From positions 64,001 through 128,000 of the forward strand of contig CAWDSK010000005.1 in NCBI GenBank assembly GCA_963804995.1: a DNA stretch of 64,000 bases, given 5' to 3'. The position numbers were made by a program, and so were the translations under genes. The first letter of the stretch is position 1; every line of letters starts with the position of its first letter. The DNA is from an uncultured Acidobacteriota bacterium. GTDB taxonomy: Bacteria; Acidobacteriota; Terriglobia; UBA7540. Positions 11,612 to 23,400 of the stretch are shown piece by piece. A model generated the notes under the pieces. The model did not search any database and was not told the DNA's origin. It was given only the letters and a program-made list of their open reading frames with translations.

Positions 11612-11860
11612 TTCATCTTAGCCTAAACTTCTATTCATGGCAGGGCAAATGGCAAGCTGGCAAGATTCGCGGGGAACAAGGTGGAGAACGGAAAATGGTG
11701 ACTAAACCGGCATTAAGCGTGCTTATTAGCTGCAAGGTAGTGGCGCGGGCTCTAATCTTGAGAGCGGCGAGAGCGCCGCCATTCTTAGTCTATTCAGACT
11801 AAGAATGGCCTTATTCTGAGGAGGCCCAGGTCAAAATTTCTGAGGCATGGCATATTCGCC

Positions 11861-11889
11861 TTGACAAGCGCTGTGATATTCAATACCAT
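11861..11889 (+). promoter_or_regulatory. sigma70-type promoter of the M23 gene
   Basis: TTGACA-N17-TACCAT. Confidence 0.6.
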
Positions 11890-11994
11890 CCAACTCGCAA
11901 ATCGGAGTCGGGCCACAGCAAGTCTGTTTTAGTCCCCTGAAGTGCCTGGAGGGGGTATCTCGATTAGAAATAATAATCTTCGGGTGATCTAATA

Positions 11995-12880
11995 ATGGAT
12001 AAGAAGTTTTATACCTTTCTCATCTTTCCGGGCGCCCACGGGAATCTTCACAAAATCCGCCTTCCTTTTTATGTCGTCCACTTAGTGCTGGCATTCAGTG
12101 CAGTCGGGATCATGACCATCGCCGTCATGGCCAATAGTTATGCGCGAATGCTGTTGAAGGTGTCGAACTATAACAGCCTAAGAACCGAACGTGAAGCCTT
12201 GAAGACGCAAAACCGCACGCTGGAAAATGCTGTAACCACGTCCAATGCCAAGTTGGGTTCTTTGCAATCCCTGGCGACCGAGGTGGCGTTGACCTACGGC
12301 TTCGGCCAAGCCCGTCGTCCTGGTTTTCCGGGGGCGGCCCTGGCTTTGGCCACCCAAACCAACTCGAGTGTGGAGTTCGAGCTATCGTGCCTCACTTTAC
12401 GCCTTCAATTTGATTCGCCGTTCTTCCCTGGCCGCCTCGGGGGGTGCGGCGGCACTGGGCATCTTCCCTAGCTCCGACGGGGGACACGAAACTGTGCCTT
12501 CCCTTTGGCCGGTGCGGGGACAGATCACGGCGGGTTTTGGCCAGCGACTGGATCCCTTCAGCGGTGAAGGTGTTTTCCATTCCGGGTTGGATATTTCAGC
12601 TCCCTACGGCACTCGAGTGGAAGCGTCGGCGGACGGAATTGTGCTGCAAACCGGACCCGAGTCCGGTTACGGCAACGAGATCGCGGTCGATCACGGATAT
12701 GGTTTGATGACGAAGTACGGGCACCTCAGCAAAATTCTTGTGGTAGTGGGCCAGGAGGTCAAGCGCGGACAGATCATCGGCGCCGTGGGAATGACTGGTA
12801 GGACAACGGGCCCACATCTGCACTACGAAGTATACGTCAACGATACCCCTGTAAACCCGACGAAGTACTTGCACGAATAA
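11995..12880 (+). CDS. M23 family peptidoglycan endopeptidase (TM + coiled coil + M23), with a +1 frameshift at ~12376
   Basis: HSGLD, YGHL, TGPHLHYEV; the N-terminal part lies in the 11995 frame. Confidence 0.88.
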
Positions 12881-13114
12881 CTCGAGCCCCGAGCATTACT
12901 CTCAAGCAAGAACCGCGTTCGCAAAGCGGTCTGGGACGTACCGTTATCCTTCTTGATGATTTGCCTGTGTGGCGGACATAGTAACGGGTTCAAGTCAAGG
13001 GGCAGCGAGGTTAGCGAACAGCGTGGGGATTCCCATCCTTGGAAAGCGGGCATTCTGGGAAAAGCGGGTCGGGGGGGGCGTCCAGGTGGGCAAGAAATAA
13101 TGTGGAAGATTCCC

Positions 13115-13142
13115 TTGCAATTATGGGGCCGGTCGGTATAAT
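13115..13142 (+). promoter_or_regulatory. Stable-RNA-type sigma70 promoter for the tRNA-tuf operon
   Basis: TTGCAA-N16-TATAAT just upstream of tRNA-Thr. Confidence 0.7.
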
Positions 13143-13157
13143 AGTAAGTTTGCGGTC

Positions 13158-13233
13158 GCTGGCGTAGCTCAGCTGGTAGAGCATCTGATTTGTAATCAGA
13201 GGGTCGGGGGTTCAAATCCCTTCGCCAGCTCCA
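13158..13233 (+). tRNA. tRNA-Thr(TGT)
   Basis: Cloverleaf, anticodon TGT, GGTTCAAATCC, 3' CCA. Confidence 0.96.
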
Positions 13234-13460
13234 GTTTGGGCAAGCGTCGGCATGATTGGATCTGGCGGCGGGTGCCAATCAAAAAAATTGGGGAGCGGGT
13301 TTACCAAAATCTGAAAGTACTCAGGAATGCGCGGGAAGAGGAGTGTCTCCGCGCCCAACCGCATTCTCGATCCACTTAGCTCAAATGGATTCTGTGTCTG
13401 GGGCTGAGCGGAAGCCAGCGCCAGCGCTCGCCAGGGTTCCTGGGACGGAAGAAGCAAATT

Positions 13461-13549
13461 GGACAGGTGGCTGAGCGGTCAAAAGCAGCAGACTGTAAAT
13501 CTGCCGACCCCTGTGGTCTACGGAGGTTCGAACCCTCCCCTGTCCACCA
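13461..13549 (+). tRNA. tRNA-Tyr(GTA)
   Basis: Anticodon GTA, long variable arm, 3' CCA. Confidence 0.96.
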
Positions 13550-13558
13550 GTTTGGGAC

Positions 13559-13810
13559 TCGAAACTCGAAACTGGAAATTCGAAACTCGGGGGACGTTGA
13601 AAGTGTGGTGCGCTACGCGAGTTTCGGTTTTCGAATTTCGAGTTTCGAAAAAGGGCGGGAGTAACTCAATGGTAGAGTCACAGCCTTCCAAGCTGTTGGT
13701 CGCGGGTTCGATTCCCGTCTCCCGCTCCAGTTCGAAATTCGAAAATGGAAACTCGAAACTCGAGGGCAGGACGGTTCAGTACGAATTTCGGTTTTCGAAT
13801 TTCGGTTTTC
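13559..13810. repeat. Inverted pairs of heptamer repeats (TCGAAAC-like) in the tRNA spacers
   Basis: gaaactcgaaactggaaattcgaaactcg is paired with cgagtttcggttttcgaatttcgagtttcga; a similar pair occupies 13731-13810. Confidence 0.8.
13655..13729 (+). tRNA. tRNA-Gly(TCC)
   Basis: Anticodon TCC, GGTTCGATTCC, 3' CCA. Confidence 0.96.
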
Positions 13811-13831
13811 GCGCGCCGCAGGGCGCGGCGG

Positions 13832-13907
13832 GCCGATGTAGCTCAGTTGGTAGAGCACGTCCTTGGTAAGGACGGGGTCAGCGGTTCAATTCCGCTCATC
13901 GGCTCCA
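13832..13907 (+). tRNA. tRNA-Thr(GGT)
   Basis: Anticodon GGT, 3' CCA. Confidence 0.96.
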
Positions 13908-13934
13908 GAATTTGAAGTACTGGAATCAGGCTGA

Positions 13935-14348
13935 ATGTTGAGTTTGGAAGGAAGACGGCGAGCGAAGGACCATCTAAGCCTGGCTCGCGGTTTCATGGAC
14001 ACGGCGAAAGTAGGGCGTGCATCTTCTGAGTGCGATATTCGCAACGCCTTTTCCCGCGCCTACTATGCCCTGTTTCACGCGTGTTATGCATTGCTGCTGG
14101 GCCAGGGTAACGAGCCGGACTTGGTGCAACAGATTGCCAGGGATCATGGCCGCTTGCAGTCGAAGGTACGGCATCCCATGGGAAGGCCGTTTGAACACTA
14201 TGTAAGGGAAGCCTACGACCGGCGGCGGCAGTCTGACTACGAACCTGATTGGCCTGTGCCGTCGGCCACGGTTGCGCAAGAGGAGCTGAAGCGGGCAAGA
14301 GAGCAGTTCTATTGGGTTTTTCACACGACTCTGCGAAGTTTGGTGTAG
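13935..14348 (+). CDS. HEPN domain protein (UPF0332-like)
   Basis: NAFSRAYYALFHA, DHGRL, AYDRRRQSDY. Confidence 0.8.
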   Translation: MLSLEGRRRAKDHLSLARGFMDTAKVGRASSECDIRNAFSRAYYALFHACYALLLGQGNEPDLVQQIARDHGRLQSKVRHPMGRPFEHYVREAYDRRRQSDYEPDWPVPSATVAQEELKRAREQFYWVFHTTLRSLV

Positions 14349-14369
14349 TCACTGCGCTTGGAATTTGCC

Positions 14370-15242
14370 ATGACCGTCATTGATCTGGAACAATCCGTTC
14401 GTGGCGCGCTGCAAGAGGCGGGGCTCCTGCAGCTTCTGGATGAGGGTCAGACACAGTTCCTGGAGTTTCCGGACGGTTGGTTTGCCGAGATTGTTGTCAA
14501 AGACGGTTCCCGGCTGGCGGAGGTGGAGAAGGTTGTTGAAAGATACAAGGAGCGTCTGCGGCGCAATGATGATGGCGAACTTGATGAAATTGTCCGGCCC
14601 ATCTGGAGGATTGCAAAGATTGAACGCGTGGGGCCAAGTGTCAGCCTTCCGGCACTGGAATCGGCCATCCGTTTTAGGGTTGTGCTCCAGTCTGGGGACC
14701 TAAGCTGCGATGTTAAGGTCGACTTTACCGAGGGCGCGCTCAAGTTGATGCGCAAGAAACTGCGCGAGACGAAAGCGCCCGAAGATATGGCCTTAACAGA
14801 GATTGTCCATGAGTTCATGAGCCTGCAGTTAGCCCAGGGCGGGAAGAGTTTCTGGGATCCGCGCCGCGATTCGCGCCTCGAACTTGATGCGGGTGCTTTC
14901 ATGGCCCTGATGGGTCGCTGGGATTCGGTCGAGCACCTTAAGGCGTCCATCGACGCTGTTTTCAAGGCTCCTGAACCTATGACGACCATTCGTAACTTCC
15001 TGACGTTGGTATCGATGGGAGGTAGAAAGGCCCGCGATTTTGAAAGCGTGCTGGTTGATTTGCCGGGTCCGGGCGGCGCATTTCGTCCCGGCGACAAGCT
15101 GCCCACCAGCAACCACGAGTTGTACTCAACCCTCCTCGATTCCGAACGTGAGGTCTTGAGAAGGTATTATTGGGACCATCTTGAAAGAGCCAAAACTGAA
15201 TTTCCAGAGTTGAAGGAGCAATTTCCCAACGTGTTGAACTAG
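14370..15242 (+). CDS. Hypothetical protein, probably co-transcribed with the HEPN gene
   Basis: ~290-aa ORF with globular composition filling the gap to tuf; alternative start 14358. Confidence 0.7.
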   Translation: MTVIDLEQSVRGALQEAGLLQLLDEGQTQFLEFPDGWFAEIVVKDGSRLAEVEKVVERYKERLRRNDDGELDEIVRPIWRIAKIERVGPSVSLPALESAIRFRVVLQSGDLSCDVKVDFTEGALKLMRKKLRETKAPEDMALTEIVHEFMSLQLAQGGKSFWDPRRDSRLELDAGAFMALMGRWDSVEHLKASIDAVFKAPEPMTTIRNFLTLVSMGGRKARDFESVLVDLPGPGGAFRPGDKLPTSNHELYSTLLDSEREVLRRYYWDHLERAKTEFPELKEQFPNVLN

Positions 15243-15258
15243 CTGAGGAACGGAGACT

Positions 15259-16449
<1,191 letters not shown>

Positions 16450-16531
16450 CAGCGTTCGGCTCTCAGCTTTCAGCCAGGACATGGGCTGAGGGCGATGAGC
16501 TGAAAGCTGAGAGCTGAGAGCTAGGAACGCG

Positions 16532-16681
16532 ATGCGCGAAATCATTACGCTACAGTGCGGCGATTGCAAGAACCGCAACTACTCGTCGACGAAGAACAAG
16601 AAGAAGAATCAGGACCGCCTGGAGATCAAGAAGTTCTGCCCCTCGTGCCGGCACCATACGGTCCATAAAGAAGTAAAGTAG
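16532..16681 (+). CDS. rpmG: 50S ribosomal protein L33 (Zn-ribbon form; absent from the ORF track)
   Basis: [49 protein letters not shown]. Confidence 0.96.
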   Translation: MREIITLQCGDCKNRNYSSTKNKKKNQDRLEIKKFCPSCRHHTVHKEVK

Positions 16682-16779
16682 GCAGTCGGCAGAAGGCAGT
16701 AGGCAGCAAAAGGACAACGACGGCAGGAGTTCAAGGATCGCTGCTTACTGCCTTCTGCTTACTGCCGACTGGTTTTCAC

Positions 16780-16855
16780 AGGGGCGTCAGATTAACGGCT
16801 AATCTGCCGGTCTCCAAAACCGGTCATGGGGGTTCAAATCCCTCCGCCCCTGCCA
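16780..16855 (+). tRNA. tRNA-Trp(CCA)
   Basis: Anticodon arm CCGGT-CTCCAAA-ACCGG, 3' CCA; conserved position before secE. Confidence 0.93.
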
Positions 16856-16976
16856 GAAGACAGAAGGCAGAAAGCAGAAGGCAGAGAGCAGAAGGCAAAA
16901 GGCAGGCCAGTGGCAGTGGTCCTGAGGCGCGGTGATGGCAGGTAAGGAGAGGTAAAGGGAAAGAAGAAGGTACCGC

Positions 16977-17210
16977 ATGGGTGAAGAAGTCAGTATCCAG
17001 AAGAACTGGTTCCAGGTAGCGCGGCAATACTTTTCCGATGTGCGCGTGGAGATGAAGCGCGTGACATGGCCTGGGAAGCAGGAAATTTACGGGACCACGG
17101 TCATGGTGATTCTGACCACATTTCTTTTCGGGATTTATTTCTACATTTGTGATCTGGTATTTTCGCGGGCCGTAAAAGGGGTGCTGGATTATTTCCTGCA
17201 TCGTAGCTAG
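16977..17210 (+). CDS. secE: Preprotein translocase SecE
   Basis: EMKRVTWP followed by a TM helix. Confidence 0.96.
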   Translation: MGEEVSIQKNWFQVARQYFSDVRVEMKRVTWPGKQEIYGTTVMVILTTFLFGIYFYICDLVFSRAVKGVLDYFLHRS

Positions 17211-17239
17211 GGCAAAATTTCGACAAGCTGGGTGAGAGA

Positions 17240-17809
17240 TTGACGGAACAAGAAATCAACACCGAAAAGACGACGATAGCGGCGAAGAACTGGTACATCC
17301 TCCACACCTATTCGGGGTTTGAGAAGAAGGTTGCGGAGACCCTCAAGAGCCGCATTGAGGCGGAAGGCCTGTCCGGGCAGTTCGGGGAAATCATGGTCCC
17401 GACCGAAGACGTCATCGAGATGCGGCAAGGGAAGAAAGTGGTCACTCCCAAGCTCTTCTACCCCGGCTACGTACTGGTCGAGATGGAAATGAACGACAAC
17501 ACCTGGCACATGGTGCGCTCCACTCCCCGCGTCACGGGATTCGTAGGATCCGGCCAACGGCCCAGCCCGCTGACGGTTGAGGAAGTGGACCGGATTGTGC
17601 ACCGCGTAGAAGTGGCGGCTGAACACCCCAAGCCCAAGCTCAAGTTTGACCGGGGCGAGAACGTCAAGATTACCGACGGCCCCTTCAAGGACTTCAATGG
17701 GGTGGTGGACGAGATCAACGAAGACCGGTCCACTTTGCGCGTGATGGTGACCATCTTCGGGCGCGCCACGCCGGTGGAGTTGGATTTCTACCAAGTCGAA
17801 AAGATCTAG
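17240..17809 (+). CDS. nusG: Transcription factor NusG
   Basis: [23 protein letters not shown] domain DGPF. Confidence 0.98.
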   Translation: MTEQEINTEKTTIAAKNWYILHTYSGFEKKVAETLKSRIEAEGLSGQFGEIMVPTEDVIEMRQGKKVVTPKLFYPGYVLVEMEMNDNTWHMVRSTPRVTGFVGSGQRPSPLTVEEVDRIVHRVEVAAEHPKPKLKFDRGENVKITDGPFKDFNGVVDEINEDRSTLRVMVTIFGRATPVELDFYQVEKI

Positions 17810-17857
17810 GGAACAGGGAACAGGGAACAGGGAACAGGGAACAGGGAACAGGGAACA
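17809..17857 (+). repeat. Perfect heptamer tandem repeat (GGGAACA) x7
   Basis: Directly visible between nusG and rplK. Confidence 0.92.
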
Positions 17858-17903
17858 GAAAAGACCGGCTCTTAGAGCCCAGCAGCCCAACGGAGTTAAG
17901 TAC

Positions 17904-18335
17904 ATGGCAAAGCGCGTCACAGCGATGGTGAAACTGCAGATTCCCGCGGGGAAAGCGACCCCCGCTCCGCCCGTGGGGCCGGCACTCGGCCAACACGGCG
18001 TGAACATCATGGACTTCTGCAAGTCCTTCAATGGCAAGACCTCCGCGAAGGACCAGGAAGGCTTGATCATCCCCGTGGTGATCACGGTTTTTCACGACCG
18101 AACTTTTACCTTTGTGACCAAGACGCCTCCGGCCTCGGTGCTCCTGAAGCGGGCCGCGGGGATTGCCAAGGGTTCCGGTGAGCCCAATCGCAACAAGGTC
18201 GGGAAAGTTACGGAAAAGCAAGTGGAGGAAATCGCCAAGCTGAAGTTGCCGGACCTGAATGCCCGTGACCTGGCGGCGGCGGTTTTGACCGTCAAGGGGA
18301 CGGCGCGGAGTATGGGAATCGAAGTAGTCACCTAG
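17904..18335 (+). CDS. rplK: 50S ribosomal protein L11
   Basis: [21 protein letters not shown]. Confidence 0.99.
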   Translation: MAKRVTAMVKLQIPAGKATPAPPVGPALGQHGVNIMDFCKSFNGKTSAKDQEGLIIPVVITVFHDRTFTFVTKTPPASVLLKRAAGIAKGSGEPNRNKVGKVTEKQVEEIAKLKLPDLNARDLAAAVLTVKGTARSMGIEVVT

Positions 18336-18403
18336 GCGGCACGCGCAGCTCGAAACTCGAAAATCGCAAGGCGGGAAGCCGGGTTTCGAAGGGGAGTTGT
18401 TCA

Positions 18404-19105
18404 ATGGCTAAGGTAGGGAAAAAATTCGAGGCCTCGAAGAAGCTGGTTGACAAGCCCACTTACACCGTGGCGGATGCCATGCCAGTTGTCAAGAAGGCAG
18501 CCTTCGCAAAGTTTGACGAGACCGTCGAGGTCGCCATGCGCTTGGGGGTTGACCCCAAGCACGCGGACCAGATGGTGCGCGGTACGGTGGTTCTGCCGCA
18601 CGGTCTGGGAGGGAAGTCCAAGCGCGTGGTCGTGATCGCCTCAGGCGACAAGGTCCGGGAGGGCAGGGAAGCGGGCGCCGACGAAGTGGGCGGCGACGAC
18701 ATCGTGCAGAGAATCCAGGGTGGCTGGCTGGATTTTGATGCCGTCGTGGCCACGCCCGACATGATGAAATCCGTGGGGCGGCTGGGCAAAGTGTTGGGCC
18801 CCCGGGGGCTGATGCCCAACCCCAAGACGGGGACCGTCACCGTGGATGTGGCGCGCGCCGTCAGAGAAGTGAAGGCCGGCAAGGTGGAGTTCCGCGTAGA
18901 CAAAACTGGCATCATCCACTGCCCGGTGGGGAAGGTTTCTTTCGAAGCCGAAAAGCTGGTGGAAAACGCCGGCGCGCTGATTTCCAGCGTTATTAAAGCC
19001 AAGCCGGCCTCGGCCAAGGGGAAGTACGTTCGCAGCATTGTGATCTCGTCCACCATGGGGCCGGGGGTTCGCATTGATGTGGCCTCGGTGGTGGAGGCGG
19101 CGTAA
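18404..19105 (+). CDS. rplA: 50S ribosomal protein L1
   Basis: [22 protein letters not shown]. Confidence 0.99.
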   Translation: MAKVGKKFEASKKLVDKPTYTVADAMPVVKKAAFAKFDETVEVAMRLGVDPKHADQMVRGTVVLPHGLGGKSKRVVVIASGDKVREGREAGADEVGGDDIVQRIQGGWLDFDAVVATPDMMKSVGRLGKVLGPRGLMPNPKTGTVTVDVARAVREVKAGKVEFRVDKTGIIHCPVGKVSFEAEKLVENAGALISSVIKAKPASAKGKYVRSIVISSTMGPGVRIDVASVVEAA

Positions 19106-19204
19106 ATAAGGAAGAAGCAAGAAGTTAGGAGTCAGAAGTTAGAAGTCAGGAGAAAGGCAAATGCATTCTAGCTTCTAACTTCTAGCTTCTCCCAAGGAGT
19201 TTGC

Positions 19205-19741
19205 ATGGACCGGGAAGAAAAGAAGAAGCAGGCAGAGTTGCTGCACGAAGATCTGAAAAAGGCGCGGGGCATTATCCTCTCGGGATTTCAGGGCATTACT
19301 GTGGCCCAGGATTTTGCGCTGCGGAAGAAGGTGGCGGGGACCGGGGCGAGATACAAGGTGGTGAAGAACAGTCTGATCGAACGCGCCTCCCAGGGGACAG
19401 CCGCGGAGTCGATTGCCGCGAAACTGGCGGGAACTACTGCCATCGCGCTTACCGATGCCGATCCCGTGGCGCTTGCCAAAGCCCTGACGGAATATGCCAA
19501 GGAGAATCCCCTCCTGATTTTCAAGTCCGGCGTGGTGGAGGGCAGAGTTGTTTCCCTGGCGGATTTGAACGCGCTGGCCACACTTCCTTCCAAGGAACAA
19601 CTGTACTCGAAGGTGCTGTTCTTGATTAATTCACCGGCGCAACGTGTGGCATCAACACTGTCGGGAGTGGCGCGCAACCTTGCGTACGTAATTCAACAGG
19701 GTGTGAAGGAAAAGAAGTTCCAGGAAGCAGCCGGCAACTAG
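19205..19741 (+). CDS. rplJ: 50S ribosomal protein L10
   Basis: YKVVKNSL, LATLPSKEQL; synteny. Confidence 0.97.
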   Translation: MDREEKKKQAELLHEDLKKARGIILSGFQGITVAQDFALRKKVAGTGARYKVVKNSLIERASQGTAAESIAAKLAGTTAIALTDADPVALAKALTEYAKENPLLIFKSGVVEGRVVSLADLNALATLPSKEQLYSKVLFLINSPAQRVASTLSGVARNLAYVIQQGVKEKKFQEAAGN

Positions 19742-19809
19742 CCGGTGGGGGCAAGAGATCATTCAGGTAACCATTCACTGAGCAGGTTTACTGAGGAGGA
19801 GAACCAAGC

Positions 19810-20199
19810 ATGTCGGAACGGGTTGAGAAAATTGTCGAAGATGTGAAGGGCTTGTCGCTACTCGAAGCCGCTGAACTAGTCAAGCGGCTGGAGGAAACCT
19901 TGGGTGTGTCTGCGGCAGCAGCAGCTCCCGTAGTTGTAGCCGGGGCCGCGGCTGGAGCTGCAGCGGGCGCCGCCCCTGCCGAGGAGCAGACGGAGTTTAC
20001 CGTTGTGCTTACCGGCATCGGCGCCAACAAGATCAATGTCATCAAGGCGGTCCGGGAAGTGACCAGCCTTGGACTGAAGGAAGCCAAGGACCTGGTAGAC
20101 GGCGCGCCCAAGCCTATTAAAGAAGGTGTCTCGAAAGACGAGGCGGAGAGCATCAAGAAAAAGTTCACCGAAGCTGGCGCTACCGTCGAAGTTAAATAA
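19810..20199 (+). CDS. rplL: 50S ribosomal protein L7/L12
   Basis: [23 protein letters not shown]. Confidence 0.99.
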   Translation: MSERVEKIVEDVKGLSLLEAAELVKRLEETLGVSAAAAAPVVVAGAAAGAAAGAAPAEEQTEFTVVLTGIGANKINVIKAVREVTSLGLKEAKDLVDGAPKPIKEGVSKDEAESIKKKFTEAGATVEVK

Positions 20200-20436
20200 C
20201 CGTCCTTCTGCCAGGCCCCGGAGAAGAAGCGGGTTAGACTCCACTTCATCGCTGGAGAACTTATGCCTGGCGGCTAGGCCCTCACTTGCAAGTGGCACGG
20301 GCAATCCCATGGGCTGCGGGGCCATCGGGGAGATCAGGTTGCATCCTCACAGGCTAAGTGCGCATCCATATAGATAAGGGATCAGTGTCACCATTGTCTG
20401 CAAAGGTTTTGAAACTTCAAGCAAGGAGCAAAAGGA

Positions 20437-23400
20437 ATGCCTAACGGCGGGAACGGCGCTGTCCGTCAGCGTATTAATTTCTCCAAAATTCCAACCGTCA
20501 TTAAAATCCCCAATCTGATTGAGGTCCAACGGCGCTCGTACGAACGCTTTTTGCAGATGAACCTCCTTCCCTCGGAACGGGAGGATGTGGGCCTGCAAGC
20601 CGTCTTCAACTCGGTTTTCCCGATCACGGACTTCCGCGGCATCGCGCAATTGGACTTCGTGGATTACTCCATCGGCAATTGGGAGTGCAAGTGCGGAAGC
20701 CTGAAGGGGCTCCACCACCTGCGCAGCACTTGTAAGAACTGCGGGCACACGGTTATTACCGATCCCTTCAAGGTGGGCGACGTCCTCTGCACGAAATGCG
20801 GAACGTTCAATAAGAACGTGGTGACGTTCTGTAACAAGTGCGGCGACCCGGTGGCTCTGCAGTTGAAATACGACGTTACGGAATGCCAGGAGCGCGGCAT
20901 GACCTTTGCGGCGCCCCTCAAGGTCACCATCCGCCTTACCCTGTACGACAAGGATGCGGATACCGGCCACAAGAACATCCGCGACATCAAGGAACAGGAA
21001 GTTTACTTTGGTGAAATCCCCTTGATGACGGAGAACGGCACGTTTATCATCAACGGCACGGAGCGTGTCATCGTCAGCCAGCTCCACCGTTCGCCGGGCG
21101 TTTTCTTTGAATCCAGCGCGCAGAAGACTTACTTCCTCGGCAAGATCATCCCTTACCGGGGCTCGTGGGTGGAATTCGAATACGACACCAAGAACCTTCT
21201 CTACGTGCGCATTGACCGGAAACGCAAATTTCTGGCCACCATTTTCCTGCGCGCTCTGGGATTGAAGAACGATTCCGAAATCCTCAAGACCTTTTACCAG
21301 GTCGAGAAGATTTCGCTTAAAGACCGCAAGCTCTTCATGGAGCCTTCGGAAGGCTTGGTCGGGAACAGAATTTCCAAGGATATCAACCATCCGCGCACCC
21401 ACGAGACCCTGGCGCATGCCGGAAAGAAGATCACCGCCGCGGTCTTCAAGGAAATCCAGAAGGCCAAAGTCGCACAGGTGGAAGTGGCATCGCATGATCT
21501 GGAGGGAGCCTTCGCCGCCACGGACATCGTTGATCCCTCGACCGGCGAGGTCCTGCTCGAATCCAACAGCGAAATCACCTCCACCGCCTTGAACAGCATC
21601 CTGGATTCGCAGATTACGGAACTGCAAGTGTTCTTCCCGGAGCGCGACGACACGGGCGTGACGATCGGCCAGACCTTGAAGCGCGACACCTTGAAGACCT
21701 CCCAGGAAGCGCTGATTGAAATGTATCGCAAGATGCGGCCGGGCGACCCGCCGACGCTGGACACCGCAACCTCCCTCTTCAACGGGATGTTCTTCGATCC
21801 ACGCAAGTACGATTTCTCCCGGGTCGGCAGGTTGAAATTCAACATCAAGCTTGGGTATTACACCAAGCTCAAGAATCGGCTGGATGATAAGGCAACGGAA
21901 TTTGAGCTGGAAGAGTCCCGGAACTTTCCGCGCGCCAATTTTTACGTGATCGTGGACGAAGAGAAGATGTTCGTGGGAAAGCGCGAAGGGAACATCTGCT
22001 CTGAGGTCGTGCGCGCCTGCGAAGGCACGCTGGCCACCGACCACTCGGAACACTCCCCGGTGCAATTGCCGCTCAACAAGCGGACGCTGGAGCCGGAGGA
22101 TTTCTACGCGGCCATCCGCTACTTGCTGGTGCTTCGCAAAAACCCCGGCGGGATTTACTCCGTCGATGACATCGACCATTTGGGGAATCGCCGCGTGCGC
22201 GCGGTGGGCGAACTGCTTGAGAATCAGTTCCGCCTGGGCCTGGTGCGCATGGAACGGGCAATCAAAGAGAAGATGTCGGTTTACCAGGAAATGTCAACCG
22301 CCATGCCGCATGATCTGATCAATGCCAAGCCGGTTATGGCGGCTATCCGTGAGTTCTTCGGTTCTTCGCAGCTCTCCCAGTTCATGGATCAGACGAACCC
22401 GCTCTCCGAGATTACCCACAAGCGGCGCCTTTCAGCGCTTGGACCGGGTGGGCTTTCGCGCGAGCGCGCGGGATTCGAAGTGCGTGACGTGCACCCCACG
22501 CATTACGGCCGTATCTGCCCCATCGAGACGCCGGAAGGCCCGAACATCGGCCTGATTTCTTCCCTCTCTTGCTACGCTCGCATTAACGAGTACGGGTTCA
22601 TCGAAAGCCCCTATCGCAAAGTCCGCGGAGGGCGCGTGGTGGATTACGTCACCGTTACGCACGGCGGAGACGGTGAGTGGAAAGTCGGAGAGCACCTGGA
22701 ATCGAGCCAGGTGGAGAAGGCCAACGACGAACTGCGCGAGAAGAAGCGCAAGCTGGTGGAGCATGAGCCTTACTCGTTCTACCAGTCGGCGTGGGAAGAA
22801 GACCAATATGTGATCGCGCAGGCAAACGTCACCATCGACAACAAGGGCCGCATCGTTCACGAATTGGTGAACGCGCGGCAGGCCGGCAACTTTGTGCTCA
22901 AGCGTCGCGATGAGATTGATTACATCAACGTCAGCCCCAAGCAACTGGTTAGCGTGGCAGCATCGCTGATTCCGTTCCTTGAGAACGACGACGCCAACCG
23001 CGCGTTGATGGGTTCCAACATGCAGCGGCAATCGGTTCCCTTGCTGCGCGCCCAGGCGCCCCTGGTGGGCACGGGGATGGAAGAAGTCACGGCGCGCGAC
23101 TCCGGCGCCGTAGTCCTCTGCAAACGCAACGGCGTGGTGGATAGCGTGGATAGCGAGCGCATCATCGTGCGCGTGGAAGGCGACGGTCACAGCGGCCAGC
23201 TTTCCCGCGAAGTGGGCGCAGATATCTACCAGCTCATCAAGTTCCGCCGCTCGAACCAGAACACCTGCATTAACCAGAAGCCCATCGTCCACAAGGGGCA
23301 GCGGGTTCATGCCGGGCAGGTTCTGGCGGATGGTCCCTGCACGGACCGCGGCGAGCTGGCCCTGGGCCGCAACGTGCTGGTGGCCTTCATGCCCTGGCGC

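Noticed and set aside
13908..15258. tRNA-integrated prophage or ICE
   Set aside because: No integrase and no duplicated tRNA 3' end.
21856..22068. Intein in RpoB
   Set aside because: Too short, and lacks an N-terminal C/S and a C-terminal HN-C/S/T junction.
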